Origin: Tubulanus polymorphus
Taxonomy: Eukaryota > Animalia > Nemertea
NCBI RefSeq assembly: GCF_964204645.1
Contig: NC_134029.1
Span: 7,652,850 to 7,716,849 of the forward strand
Direction: 5' to 3'
DNA: 64,000 nt
The stretch's first letter is position 1. Each line of letters starts with the position of its first letter. Made by a program: the position numbers and the translations under genes. This document shows, piece by piece, positions 1 through 13,200 of this stretch. Below the pieces are notes generated by a model. That model ran no database searches. It worked only from the letters and a program-made list of their open reading frames with translations, and was not told the DNA's origin.

Positions 1-88
1 GTTATTACAAATCAGTCACAGGAGAATCGACGGTAATTATTTAGTCTGGATACCGACCAACATCTACATCAAAAATTAATACATATAA

Positions 89-159
89 TGAGAGAGAGGG
101 AGAGAGGGAGAGAGGGAGAGAGGGAGAGAGGGAGAGAGGGAGGGAGGGAGGGAGGGAGG

Positions 160-228
<69 letters not shown>

Positions 229-373
229 GGAGAGGGAGAGGGAGAGGGAGAGGGAGAGGGAGAGGGAGAGGGAGAGGGAGAGGGAGAGGGAGAGGGAGAG
301 GGAGAGGGAGAGGGAGAGGGAGAGGGAGAGGGAGAGAGAGAGAGGGAGGGAGGGAGGGAGGGAGGGAGGGAGG

Positions 374-423
<50 letters not shown>
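89..423 (+). repeat. Compound purine microsatellite (GA)n/(GAGG)n/(GAGAGG)n
   Basis: Directly visible; explains the four low-complexity ORFs at 41-579. Confidence 0.98.
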
Positions 424-425
<2 letters not shown>

Positions 426-884
426 CATTTGTATCGTAGAAGTATGTGCAGCAGCAGCTCAGGTGACAATGTACGAGCGATGAGGCGTGAATGTAGCAGG
501 TAGAATATTGCAAATCTAAGTATCCGTCGATGAATATATCCGATACGCAGGCTTCATTAAACTCGATCGCGATCGGCAAAACGGATGAAACAAAACACGG
601 CCGCCAAAGAATTAACTCGCTAAAATTATTATCTTTTATTCACGCGCAGCAACGAGCCTTCTGCTCGTAGACCAACGGGAAAACCAGTCCCCGTTAACTA
701 AAAATGAAAAGCTTTCGTAAGTTATTAGTTGAAGGCGTTCTTATTTTCAATCGCAATGGGGACGAAACAAGAAAACGTACGCCGATAATCGAAATGATCT
801 TTTGGTGTAAGTAGTATATTAAAAGTCTAGGAGAACCTGTTCGTGTTACTGGCCCCTGGACTGAGAAACTGACATTATAGCCTC

Positions 885-1074
885 AATCAGGCGAAGCACC
901 TTCACAGGTAAACCACTCACTTCATACTAAACAATGCCTCGAACAAAGCGAAGTGATTCACTTCCAAAACCTTTTAGAATTCACACACACAAATTCGACC
1001 AGTGCTTGGCTTGGGCCTGATCCGACGTTTTTGGTCGCGCCAAATTTGGCCAGAATTGCTCGCGCGATCGCGGC
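885..1074 (+). mobile_element. Partial copy of MITE family A (PIF/Harbinger-like)
   Basis: Shares core aaccactcacttcatactaaacaatgc, a CCAAATTTGG motif and right TIR gatcgcggct with the intact copy at 39043-39386. Confidence 0.75.
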
Positions 1075-1670
1075 TAACAATTTACTTTTCGATTACCGGT
1101 GACACTACTAGCGCCTTTGTTATTTCATTTTAGTGCTTCATCCATTTTTCCCCCGCACACCGGCAGTAAGAAGATGATCGTCGACCGATCGGGCGTCCGT
1201 GGATGGGAGGAGAAAAAGCCGCACGACGCCATCTCGTAAGCGCGGATGAATTCATTGTTGTTGTTCATATTATCGCGACGGACAATTTTCGTCCGACCGA
1301 CCGAAAATTGAGAGATAATTTCAGCAGCCTACGACGATGGTGATGATGATGACGATGATGAAGAGAGACTTTAAGAAGTAATGACGCGAGGCAAAATAAC
1401 ACTGACAGCGAATGAGCTGTAGTCGCTTTGAAAATGAGCCGAGAGCCAGACTTAAATAGACGGAACAGTCGCGGGCGTCTCCATTACTCAGAAGATTTGT
1501 TCGGATTCATGCTTTTCGCTCGAGCTCAAATATCGAAGCCGGTATTTAGAGAAGATGATATCGCGCAGAGTCCCTGGGATGGTTTCAGTACAAGGAAACC
1601 GTTTTATCGGATTGTAAATATCTACCCGCCGATTGAAAAGAAATTTCCAAAAAAAAATTCGGAAAAAAAC

Positions 1671-2053
1671 AAATTCGAAATGTAACAACTTGAAATAAAA
1701 AATCCGAGACATTCATGATTTTTCTACTGCATTCATCGAGAAATGAATTTTTCCCATAACAAAGTTTTTCTCTTGTGAGACAAAAACAAAGATTTTCTTT
1801 ATTGTCCGACTATAACAAGGTGACCATAGGTCAAGGCTGGCTCATTCAGAAATATGAATTCGAATGTTACAACTTGAAATAATAAATCCACGTTCATGAT
1901 TTTTCTACTGCATTCTACTGAGAGTTTTAATAGGCAACAAATTTCGGTCTGGCACTTGTTTTCTCGCAACGAAAACAAGTTTTTCTCTTACGTGAACAAT
2001 AACATCGTTTTTCCTGTCAGACGATAACAAGGCGACCATAGGTCAAGGCTGGC
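1671..2053 (+). repeat. Local tandem duplication, two diverged units of ~185-195 bp
   Basis: aattcgaa..acaacttgaaataa..ttcatgatttttctactgcatt..ataacaagg(t/c)gaccataggtcaaggctggc occurs twice in tandem. Confidence 0.85.
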
Positions 2054-2429
2054 AACATGCTCGTCGAAATACTGACTCCCGACTTAAAATCCAGAGTGCC
2101 CGAACGAGGAAGTGCGCGTGTCGGCTTTGATGTTACTCAGTCATCAAAAGCGCTAGGGAAATTAGCTAATTAATACAACACGACGTACCACTAGAGAGAA
2201 AACGGGCGGTAACTAGCTTACAGGAACACCTGCCAGTGACATCGCGCGCACGCACACAAAATAAGCCTCGTAAACATAATTAGTGCTATAACCTCTCAAG
2301 TGGTGTCGTAAAATTCAAGGCGATCATCGGAGGCAGCAGAAATTATACGCCGACCGAGCGTTGAGGTTACAATATTGATGATGAGAGTAATTCGATGCAC
2401 TCAAATCGAACTGCATCACAGAATATAAT

Positions 2430-2635
2430 AGCCGCCATTACAGGGCGACGATTTGGCCCGCGCCTAATTAAAGAGCAGCATTCACACATAAGCCACTCAC
2501 TCGATACTAAACAATGCTTAAACTATGCGATGAGAGTCACTTCCGCAAGCAGTAGCAATTCAAACACTTATTTGTCATTTTTCTGAAATTTGGCTCAGGC
2601 TTGGTCCGACGTTTTTGATCGGGCTAAATTTGGTT
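2430..2635 (+). mobile_element. Partial copy of MITE family A
   Basis: Degenerate left TIR agccgccattacag, core ccactcactcgatactaaacaatgc, ggtccgacgtttttg. Confidence 0.75.
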
Positions 2636-3794
2636 AATATGTTTACAAGAGGCAAATTGTGGTCTGGATCATCATTTAGAACAACATCATTCAAACATAC
2701 AACAACCTATAAGAATGTATCGTTTTCAGCAAACAATAATTGTTGGAATTAACCTAATCTACGGTTAATGAAGTAGTGTAATTAAAATTGCGAAATCTAT
2801 CCAAGTTTTTCATAACCAATACAATAATAATGATAGATTTTGTCAAATCTTGTCGAGAAATTAAACTTCAGGGGCAAGAGTTCGATCTGTGTCTTCATAC
2901 CATCAGGTTTGAGTACCTGCCATGGTGGGTTATACGATACAATTCGGTGTGATAATTGTGGTAGACATTCCGCCAACCAGAGAATCCTTTCAGTTGTTAC
3001 ACTTCATTACCATTCGAAGCATTACAGGGGGCACATTGAGAACATATGTCACCTTCCGTCTGAATTAAAATTCTCTCTGCTCCAGCAGAACGAGCAGCGC
3101 GGGTATGAAGAAATTACCAGTGAAAATCAGCGAGAATTCATCTAACATCTAACATCAAATTTGAGCCTAGAACCGTGGAACTGAACTAGGGACCGAAACA
3201 AAATCCCTATCATCTACTGATATGAAAGAATTCAATTATTTCATCTGCCCCGGTGATTGGCGGTAGTTGCTTGTTTGATCATTGCAAAGTCTCTCAGGCA
3301 GACGTCGTTAACATTAGTGTACGAGGCATTCGGCAAATAAAAATACCATTAGGCAACCGATGTCCCGAACATGTCAGCGTTCGGGGAGGAGTTGTTGACA
3401 TTTTTACCCAGGATAATCGACGACACGGGGAAATTCGTGATGTTAACAGAATTGCCAATTAGGGAAACAAGCATTAAAGCATTACAGATAACGAGACATT
3501 CATCAACCGACTGCGATGAAGTCAATTCGATGAAGTCGCTGAAGTCAATTCGATGAAGTCGATTTATCGTTGACCCAGTAATTACAACAGTGGCAGTGAC
3601 CACAAATCATATGCTTAACATTTTCAACTACTCCACTTTCTCAAACATTTCAAAATTTCAGCAAACCAGGGATAGACGAGACGATACACTAAAACCCTAA
3701 AAGATACATCAATTTCAACCCTTTACGAAATCTTTCAATAGATGATGCACAATTTTTGACGATGAAGTTTTGTTACTGGGCAACATTTCGATTT

Positions 3795-4082
3795 TTTCAT
3801 CGCCATAAAAACCATTACAACAATGTTCATATACATCGACCCCTATTATCTTAAGGGTTCTGTGTGGGTCAATGTGCACTACGTCATCAATGTCGACATT
3901 CCAGAATGACAATTACTCAATTTGATTTTTGGTTACCAGTCAATTCAATTCAATTATCAATAATATTCAAATCCAAAACATCATTATTGATCCTCAATAT
4001 TATTCAATTTATATCATACTGTATTATCTATTGTCGACAATTTTCACCAAAATATGTTTTATTTTTCAAGGCCTCATTTAAC
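3795..4082 (+). mobile_element. Dispersed repeat family B, copy 1 (unclassified MITE-like)
   Basis: Blocks ttaagggttctgtg..atgtgcactacgtcatcaat and cagtcaattcaattcaattatcaa are shared with 19725-19992 and 27573-27984; ends tcaaggcctcatttaa. Confidence 0.75.
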
Positions 4083-4580
4083 TATCGAGTTAGTTTTCTT
4101 TTTGAATCTTAACTACGGTTCTTCATCAAGTACAGATGAACTGAACATATTGGTTGCCTTATATTAGTGAAGATTAGCAATGTTGGTGAAAACGGGAAAA
4201 ATGGGAAAAAAACACATTTTTTCGAAAAATTCAAACTGAAGACAACACTGGTGCGGTGGTGTGCAACAAGACGTGTTCAAACAGGTGGGAGCAACACAGA
4301 CACATGCATGGAACTAACCTTTCGTGGAAAATGGTCGAATACGACCGGTGGTGATGGTGGTGGCCGTTGGACCTGACGAAGAACAAAATCATTTATTACA
4401 TCATTTAGGAGTTCGTTACTCATACAAGGATCATCGACGTGCATTCATTTGCAGGGGGTAACGAAAAATGGAAATTATGGAAAATTTACTCGAGAGTCAC
4501 TAATAGGTGTGACTGGTGTTACCACAACACGTGCGTGTTGTATTTTGGTGATAAAAAAAGTTTTATAGACCAGTTTTCCC

Positions 4581-4871
4581 TTAAAGCCTTTCAGTACGTC
4601 TACACCGCAGTGCAGTGTATAAATCGGTGGTGTACTACACTGTATCGTGGTGTAATGATGTTGTTAGTCCATTTAATTGGTTTTCCAACTCTGTTGATAG
4701 ATGGCAGCACCTGTCAAACACAGCACTACTAATGTAACTAACAATACACTGGTATGATGTTGACACACTAAAGGCGTATGCCCGTTATTCTACACACTAG
4801 TGTAGAATTCTTTGAAATTTTCAAATTACCTCCAGCACTTTCAGGTATTAAAGTCAGTACTAAAAGCATAA
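4581..4871 (+). mobile_element. Degenerate TTAA-type (piggyBac-like) MITE, family D copy 1
   Basis: Ends ttaaagcctttcagtac / gtcagtactaaaagcataa; internal gtgtataaatcggtg, agatggcagc and tttcaaattacctccagcactt are shared with 8297-8497. Confidence 0.6.
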
Positions 4872-5392
4872 ATCATATTTAACGCCTTCGGCCCCAGGGA
4901 AAGCCAATCTGTTGGACCAATTGAATAAACCGCCGAGTTCTAATTCTGAAATGGTCCATAACACCAGCCTTTCTGGAGCTTTCTTCTTCTGTACGGACGT
5001 TGCCCTATTCATCACTCTTCTGGACGATTTAACAGTGAAGTGAATGCGCAATCGAAGATAAAACTGTACAAGAGGATATTCCGCTTGATTTATCTTCGAT
5101 GTAAAACGGCCAGACGAAACGGTTTCGATCGTCTTAATCGTCAGCCGAAGAAGTCGTAGATAAATCGCGAGAACGACCGGCTTGAAAAATCGACCGCGTC
5201 GAAAGGTAGTTTCTTTTACTGCCATCGGAAATTAGGGAATTACCCGAAACACTCGCATAAATCACTCGACCATGCTAGCTATCGAGGGAAACGGCGCCTT
5301 ATCCAACGGGAAATCGCCATCAATCGAGTGCAAGAGCGTTGATAATCAGGATTCAAGCGTTGACCCTTTTCTGACTAGTCCCTATACCGCTG

Positions 5393-5501
5393 GGCCCGGC
5401 TTTAAAGACTGGTATTAACTTTAACTCCAAGGGCATACTCAATTCATTTGCAATTAGTTAACCCCTCGGTTTAAGTTGATACCGGTCGATAAAACCGGGC
5501 C
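5393..5501. mobile_element. 109-bp foldback MITE with GGCCCGG termini and CTG target-site duplication
   Basis: CTG|GGCCCGGCTTTAAAGACTGGTATTAACTT ... AAGTTGATACCGGTCGATAAAACCGGGCC|CTG; ~30-bp imperfect inverted arms. Confidence 0.8.
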
Positions 5502-5669
5502 CTGGGATATAAGAAATGGCGACGTATTATCTGATTCTGAGACAATCAACTTTCCTGAATGGCTCGTAATCGTATCTAGTTACCTAACCCCGTTTAACTG
5601 AAACTAGTCACAAAAGCCTAATTATTCAATACCCATACATACAGTTTGATCAGTAAAGCCTGATCAGTA

Positions 5670-6232
5670 AAGACAGTGGCACTGGAAAAGACATCGGTCT
5701 AGGCAAAGCCACTGGAGCTTTTGCATAGCTTTAAACTATGGAAGTCCCAACAGTACAGTCTCAAGACAAAACTGAGGTTGTATAACAGCAATGTGAAGTC
5801 TTTCTTCTTTATGGAGCAGAATGTTGGCGAATCACCAAAAGTGACACAGACAAACTTAACGCCTTCCACTATCGATTTCTTCGAAAAATATGCCGTGTAT
5901 TCTGGCCAAACAGGATAACCAATTTGAATTTGTTCAGAATGACCAATAGCCAAAGTCTAGAAGTTGAAATTAAACGTAGAAGACTGAATTGGTTCGGACA
6001 CATGCTCAGGATGAATCAGTCCTGAATCCCAAAAATGGCATTGAGATGGACATCTCATGGTAGACGTAGGCGTGGCTGCCCCAAAACCACATGGAGATGC
6101 ACCATTCCTGCTGACCTCACTTCAGCGAGTCTTATCTGGGACCAGGCTTAACACACAGCTAAGGACCGGTCCAAGTGGAGAAGTTCGTCACTGCCTTATG
6201 TCCCAGAGGGGATGAAGAGGATTAAGTTAGTA
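5670..6232 (+). mobile_element. 5'-truncated, frameshifted RTE-clade LINE 3' end
   Basis: Across frames reads KLWKSQQYSLKTKLRLYNSNVKS..YGAECWRI..FLRKICRVFWPNRITN..IKRRRLNWFGHMLRM..IPKMALRWTSHGRRRRGCPKTTWR..AKDRSKWR..ALCPRGDEED*, the typical RTE ORF C-terminus. Confidence 0.9.
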
Positions 6233-8296
6233 TACATAGTTTGCCCCGAGTTTAACCTGAAAAGTCTAAAAAAAACCAGGTGCGAAAATGACCAAAATTG
6301 TAGGCTGGTTTTACCTGAATTTTTCATAGTGTCCGATTAAATGAGCTAAATTTCTAATTGCACTAGCATTCCATGAGATCATGTCATTCGTACGCTGTAC
6401 ATCACATGCTTAAAGTTAATGAGAACGTTTCAAAAGAATAGACACGTCTAATGGACAAGACAAGTACAATAAGATGGAATTGGTACGAATTGGTTGTTCT
6501 TTGTCAAAGAAAAAACAGTAATGCATAGAAAATACGAAGTATAGAGTCGATGATACAATTGAGGACTCATTCGGTGACGTTTGTTAGGAGGGATGAGAGC
6601 GCCATGTGCTTGTTACACAACGCGAGGAGGAAGCAATTCAGATATGATTATAGAGCGCTGTAATAGCTTGTGAGAGATTTACCAGTAACTCTGTGTCAAA
6701 GTGTGGAAATCCATTACCGGAGCTGTATCTCCATCGCATATAAAACGCCACAACTTCGTGGACTTTTTCACATTCTAACCAATCTAGTTTGTATTTGTTT
6801 TGTATCCTAGCATACACGGTGGAAATTCATATGAAGTTAACACTGTAGATGCTAACTACCACGGCATTGCCAAACATAAGCAAAAATTTATAATTCACTT
6901 ATGCCTAATGAGGCAAAAAAAGACAGGAAGATGAGGAGAGCTTGTTAGAAGAATTCGATATTAAACTAAAAGCTTTTAGGCATATGAATCTGGTTCATGG
7001 TTAAACCTAAACGTAAGTCTATAAAACCGAAACTGAGAGCGCTTCCATCGTCCTCAGTCGTTAAAAGAAAATGGTAATAGCCTTTGGATCGTTAACATTT
7101 GCATGGATTGTCGCCAAGCGAATAAACGATGGGGAGTATTTACATATTTGTTTATACAGACAGGACACAAATCACGTTGTGCGGCATAAGCTTCAAAGGA
7201 AGAAGTAAGTTGTTAAACACGAGGCCACAGTCCACCACCGACAATGACGATGCTATTACGGTCATTACAGATACGCCGGTGCTGAATGCTAATAAAGTGG
7301 ATCAGAGGGGTACGGTGGATGACGTTTGACCAATCGATCCGTCGAAATGATGCATGGAATGTTTCGATATTTCCGTCTGGCGCCATGATCGATGGCTAGA
7401 GACCGGTGATTTTTAATACGTTGAATAGTGATTACTGCATTTCATTACGCATTCCGGCTGAAATCAGTCAAGAAACCAAACTTAAAACAATGATATGTAG
7501 ATAACGATGATGAATTTCATTTCTATATAGAGCGCTATTTTCTAAAAGATGAAGATTCACCGCACTTTATTTACAGTATTGAACACTTTGGATGAAAAAC
7601 AGAGCACCAATAATGCCCAACTGAACAATAGCTCACCTGGTGGATCCTCACTCGCTACAGTGGAATCATCATTGAATTTATCTAATTCAATTTACTTAAT
7701 TCTTTTAACATTTAGGAAATTATGAAAATATTCTAATGAGATCCAGTATTGATATCTGAACAGCAGATTGGCGCACCTTGCCACGAGAAGATACCGGTTC
7801 CCATTGCTGAGATGACCAGAATGTTAAATCCAAGTACCACAATCAGAAAGCCGAAAAGTTAAAATATCAAAATGTTAGAAGAATTCACAACAAAATCCGA
7901 ATTTTCGTCTGATGACCTGAAGGTCATTTCATTTAATGCATTATGAATTGGTAACTCACTGGAGCATGCAATTATGAATGAACTTCTGTCTGAACTTCAC
8001 TTGAAAATATAAGAGAAAGTAGTAATTTCTCAGGTGAAACCACAAAATTACAACAAGCCAAGCAAGAGACCAGACACATGACATCCACATCTGAACACAA
8101 ATCAGTTTACGATTTCGTCGACTCATGCGGAAATTGAGCCAGACCAAAACTGATAATTCGATCACGATTGCCATTTCATCGCCCGAAACGTATCCAGACG
8201 ACGCACCGATGGATCTCCTCTGATCCATGATAATTTGATAGCTAGCGTCTAGTCGCGCCGATGCAGCGATACCTGTGAAAACCAGACATATCATGT

Positions 8297-8497
8297 GCAC
8301 CACAGTGAGGTGTATAAATCGGTGATGGACTTTACTAGTACACCGCACTGTGGTGTATTGATGTAATTAGTAATTACTTTTATCTCTCATGAAAGATGGC
8401 AGCGTCTGTTAAACACAGTTAAATATTAGTAACTTACAATACAATTATAAAAATTTCAAATTATCTCCAGCACTTTAAGTCAGCACTGAAAGGGTTA
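8297..8497 (+). mobile_element. TTAA-type MITE family D copy 2 (right part)
   Basis: Similar to 4600-4870; ends cagcactgaaagggtta, i.e. a CCCTTTCAGTGCTG terminus next to a TTA(A)-like site. Confidence 0.6.
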
Positions 8498-9626
8498 TGC
8501 ATTAAAGAGCATCAATCCTTTCTAATACATTCAAGTTATACTTTACTTCACCATTGCCTACATTCATGCAATCAATCAACTCAATATCAGAAGCAAGACT
8601 TAATCAAGCGAATGAATGCACCAATCCAAGTACCATTAAAATGGAGGTAGGGTCAGCCTTGCAACTGCCAGCAACTTAATATGACCCATTTCTCTGCAAC
8701 TGACAGTGACAATTGAACCGCAAGGCACATCGAGCCACGCGCTCTACACTACAGGGACAAGTATATCAGATCGAGTTGGCATCACTTCCATCCGATGAGC
8801 TGGTAATCTCCTCTCACATCTTTTGAAGCCAATAGTTTATTCCTATGCTGGGTAGTAAATTATAGCTCGTGGACACACTGACCTGACCCTCACATGAGTT
8901 CCCAGAGGACGTTCGTGATGGAGGCATTTTAAGGCATGTCACGCTACGCCCTCGTAATCACAGAGATCCGATATTAGACGATCTGACCTCTGCTTAATTA
9001 GTTTATGCTGTTAGTTCTCTCCCAACTCATTGGTCCATGTAACTCGTGTTTTGACAACGAGATATTTGCATCTACTACGATTTTCAATGAATCTATAAAT
9101 TAAGTATGTAAGTTTGGATGTGGAAATCATGAAAACAACATGACAGCATGAAAATTACAAAACAAATGGGTGGAACATTCTTAGATGCATGGCAGTCAAC
9201 AAGTTTTTGCTCATCCGCGACATCTTCAAGAGTAAAAAAAAACTATCGATGAAACATGAATCAAACGAGTCTTTATGGAAGAAACCACTTGTGAATGAAA
9301 TTTTTGAGATGAAAAGTAACAGTTAAGAACATTCCGAGTTCGAATTAAAAGAAATCACATGCGAGACGCCCGCTCGAGATTGATTTGAAAGGCAATTTAA
9401 GAGAGCAGATTGTTTAGCTGGAAGCTATGGAAGAACAAAGTGCCTGCAACGCGCACAGATTACTGCCTTTATTATTATTTAGACGGGTAAATCTTTATGA
9501 AAATCACTTGCAACACTACGACAAAGCGAAAAGTAAAATAAAGGAGTCGAACTGGAAAGCATTCGGTCAAAATCGACAACGCTTCTTACTATATATGCGA
9601 TATTGGACCAAAATGATATCCATCTA

Positions 9627-10230
9627 AGCCGCGTTCACACGACAACTAGTTAGACCGGTCTAAATGGGTCCGTACCTGGTCCGGTCCAAATTTAGGCCAG
9701 ACCAAATTTTGGTGAGCGTTCACACGGCGTTTTGACGCGCGTTGATAAAATCGCTTGTCACCGGACCCACAACGTCGTTATCTGCTAAATAATTAATTGC
9801 GCCTGGATGAAGTCTTGCTTCCAGATTCGAAGTATAGCAAGACATTCTTCATTTGACCAATTCGATCCTTTGTCAGACTTAGACATTTTTAGGAACTCGA
9901 TTTTATTCTATCACGCCGAAACTCTAAGTGTCCAGTATATCATATCCAGTTGCTGCAAATCAAGCATAACTGACTCAAGCTGGTCTACAATCGGTTTTGC
10001 CCCAAGTTGTCCTGGCATCATCTGTTGCGGTGCATTGCAGCCGACATCAGTCCTCTCCACCATGGAGATATGGACACTTCATAACAGAATTATCAAAATT
10101 CATTTCAACGATTATTGGAAGCCACAGAATCGTTAATTGGTAAACTCTTCATGTTTTTTCCACATCCCCTTTCAAGCACGATTTTTCCCTTTTCAATATA
10201 GCCGGCATTTCCACAGAACTCTTCGAGATT
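9627..10230 (-). mobile_element. Internally deleted PIF/Harbinger DNA transposon relic (right boundary uncertain)
   Basis: Terminus AGCCGCGTTCACAC and CCAAATTT subterminal motifs at 9627-9725, adjacent Myb/SANT fragment, and weak transposase-C-terminus-like residues near 10170-10225. The second TIR was not found. Confidence 0.6.
9785..9886 (-). pseudogene. N-terminal fragment of a Harbinger-type Myb/SANT (trihelix) DNA-binding protein
   Basis: MSKSDKGSNWSNEECLAILRIWKQDFIQAQLII* fits the W-S-x-E-E-x-x-x-hydrophobic-L-x-I-W..IQ-x-Q-L first helix of Myb/SANT-like domains; too short for the supplied ORF track. Confidence 0.7.
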
Positions 10231-13200
10231 AATTGAAGTAGCACCGCAATTATGCGATGTCATATTCAGTCATCGACTTTAACAACGTCAATGTCAGCGA
10301 TCTATCACCGACATTGGTAACAAAGAATTCATATCGAAAAATTCCAATATAAAAAGCCTCTCGATCGAAAGAACGAACTCGCGAGTAATCGCGACGTCAG
10401 TTGACTACCAGACGAGTTGGAAAATTCTTATCGAAATGAATACCGATTGAATCATTTCAAATTCATTATCAGTTGCATTGAAATTCAAGCTAGGTTGTTA
10501 AATCTATAATAATTACATCCCCCACATTTTTCTGTCCACATGTTTGTCTGGCATAAGAATTTTCATTCAGGTACAGCCTGGTAGAGCTCGGCCTGTCCTC
10601 GCTTAGGCTTGTCTTCCACAAAATGGTGGCAGTGGCGGGCAAAAAGAATCAATACAAAGATTTGTCTTTAGCAGTTTCCACAACATGGGTGCGGCGACGT
10701 TTTTTCTAATCACTCATGTAACAATTTCGTTCAGCGCCCACCTGCCACCCGCGCAGTATTCTACGATGCTAGGATTCGGTTCTCCATGCCAAGAATATAA
10801 ATATAAGCAAATGGCGAAGAAGACTGACATTCTCGAAATGATGGAATTGGAAACAGGTCCACTGCAGCCGAGACCCAAACACTTATTACCAAGTATGTGC
10901 CCGTTTCGTGGAAACAAATGCCTATACTTGCACTCGCTCCTGCCAATGCGTCCGCAATTGTCTGGTGGAAAACCAGCCTTACTTATAAAGTTGCAATGAC
11001 TCTTAATAACTTTGAGTCCAAAGTTCGACATTCGAAGATTTAAATTCTCCATTATTTTAGTTAATACTTTATCAATTGAGAGAATCGGGCCCGTTAAGAA
11101 AAATATCCTTCATGATTCGATGCCTTAAAGTATGTAGACAGAATATTTACCCAAAAATTATGGAACTGGTGCTTGAACAACCGTTCAAAGGCTTTCAAGA
11201 ATCTCCAGTTCGAAGCTTCAGGGATCATTGATTGATTGTCAGCGCTAGCTAAGCAGTTGTGTCCGTCTACATCGTCGAGGTTGGTGTCTCTCTCCGGAAA
11301 AAAGTGTACATTAACTGTCGCTATACAGCTGGTGTTTCTCACCCGTACCCATAGGAAAATCGACCGTATTCATGGAACCGTGGCTCCATTTTTGATCATC
11401 TATGGACAAGGCTGTGGAGATCATTGATATCAGATTATCATACAATCCGATCATCTTGCCGCTCGTATTTGCCTTTCATCCGAATTTACAGCACTAAGCG
11501 CTGCACAGAGTGATGTCCATTTTGCCGTTCACCAATTGTGAAGTTACATTTACTCGACCAGTGATAACACACATTATACACACCTGTCTCTTGTTCGTTG
11601 ACTTGGAATCAGATGGACGCATTCACGTTTCATAAAGTTTCGTTCAACCCATGCTTTCTGGCTCTGCAAGACAAAATGGTATATCAAGTAATAAGAGACT
11701 GGAGAATAAGAATTTTCAGAAAAAATTCGACAAAAAACCGTAGCTTTTATATCGAGTTCAATTCTGCAATAACTTGCAGTTTCGTTAACTTCAGGATCCT
11801 GTTCCACAGTTGTGAGTTAGAGTTAACTCAGAGTTAAAATCAGTTCATTTTCAATGTTTTCACTCAAATCTTAACTACGGAACTAAGTCCAGTGTATTGA
11901 GGCAATATTTAACCTCATAAATGGGGTTTCTTTAAATCTCGTAACTCAGAACAGACTCTAAATATTCTAGGAGGGATATCATAAGATATCACCGCTCAAA
12001 GAGGTGGTGAAGCTAGGTTGACAGCCCGACAATTAGAACGCTCAAAATATTTCAATTCCATATCCAGAGCGCTAATGACTAATTTCTTTGGCGAAAAATG
12101 TGCATGAAATTCGAAATCCGATGCTGTCGTTATTCTTGTTGTCGAACTATACAAACAAAAAACGCTACGCGCGGCGAAGAGTAAACAGCAAAAACAGAAG
12201 ATTCGATGACACGATATCAGTGAAATCAGATCCACCCACCGTTGAAAAGGATGTTTTTGCCCTCAGTTTTATCCGCGCCGATATTTTCTTCGCGAAACAA
12301 CTTAACACAATGTAAATGCTATGGCAATTGCAAAGTTTGTTTTTTCTCAAACAATCTACTTGAGTAGGGAGTAGTTTTTCAAAAAATAATACATACATGC
12401 AAGGGCAGGTGAAACACATCTCAATATTTATATGCCAATAAATGATGCTGATAGCTAGTTTATATCATCAGACAACAAAAGCACTGAATGCTTTATTAAT
12501 CTGGCCACCTAGCCCTGGGGGCTTCATATTTTGGGCGTAGGTCCATTTAGAAGCATATCAGAGTTCATCCATAAACAGCATTGACAAAACGATGTGAGAA
12601 TCGCGTATGATGAATATAGACCGGTGTGTACCAGCTTCGACTAATGGCGGAATAATAGGTTTTACGGATAATTGAAACATTTACCAAACTAATTCAACAG
12701 GACGAATTATTGCAAAACGATCAGACCTATTCACAATTAACAAAATAATCAGAAATAACTTCACAGAATGAGACCTTTTTCATAAAGATGGCACGCTCTA
12801 ATAAACCCAGAAATTGAGCAAGTCCAGTAAAATCTGGACACAAAGTGAATCTAACATACGCCCCAAATACAATTAACTACCGGTAATTTCAAAGATCTTA
12901 TCACAAGGCTGGTAATTTGCATCTGAAATAATGTGGTTTTAATGAGATCTTCAAAAGTTTCTAAATTCTAATTGTAGTATTTATTAAATCTATACAAACC
13001 CACTGGATGTAGTATTCATTAATTCGATTAAGCAAAAATTAACTAAGATTTAAAACTAAAAATCATCTTGTAATTAATTAAGTAATTTATGATGTTTGAT
13101 CAAAGACAAACAAGGAAATCATTTTTCGCAACCTACCAGCTTTTCTAAGGAAAGCGTTTAGCACCCTAGCTTCGCAGGTCAGTAATTGTACCTTATATAA

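Noticed and set aside
41-579. Four ORFs of 119-167 aa (SL/RE/GE-rich)
   Set aside because: Translations of the GA microsatellite.
4860-5225. 121-aa ATG ORF on the minus strand
   Set aside because: No recognisable domain, no strong donor, and it ends in a MITE terminus.
7956-8348. 130-aa hydrophobic ORF
   Set aside because: Starts inside a repeat with a non-ATG codon; nearby splice-like sites do not give an open phase-0 exon.
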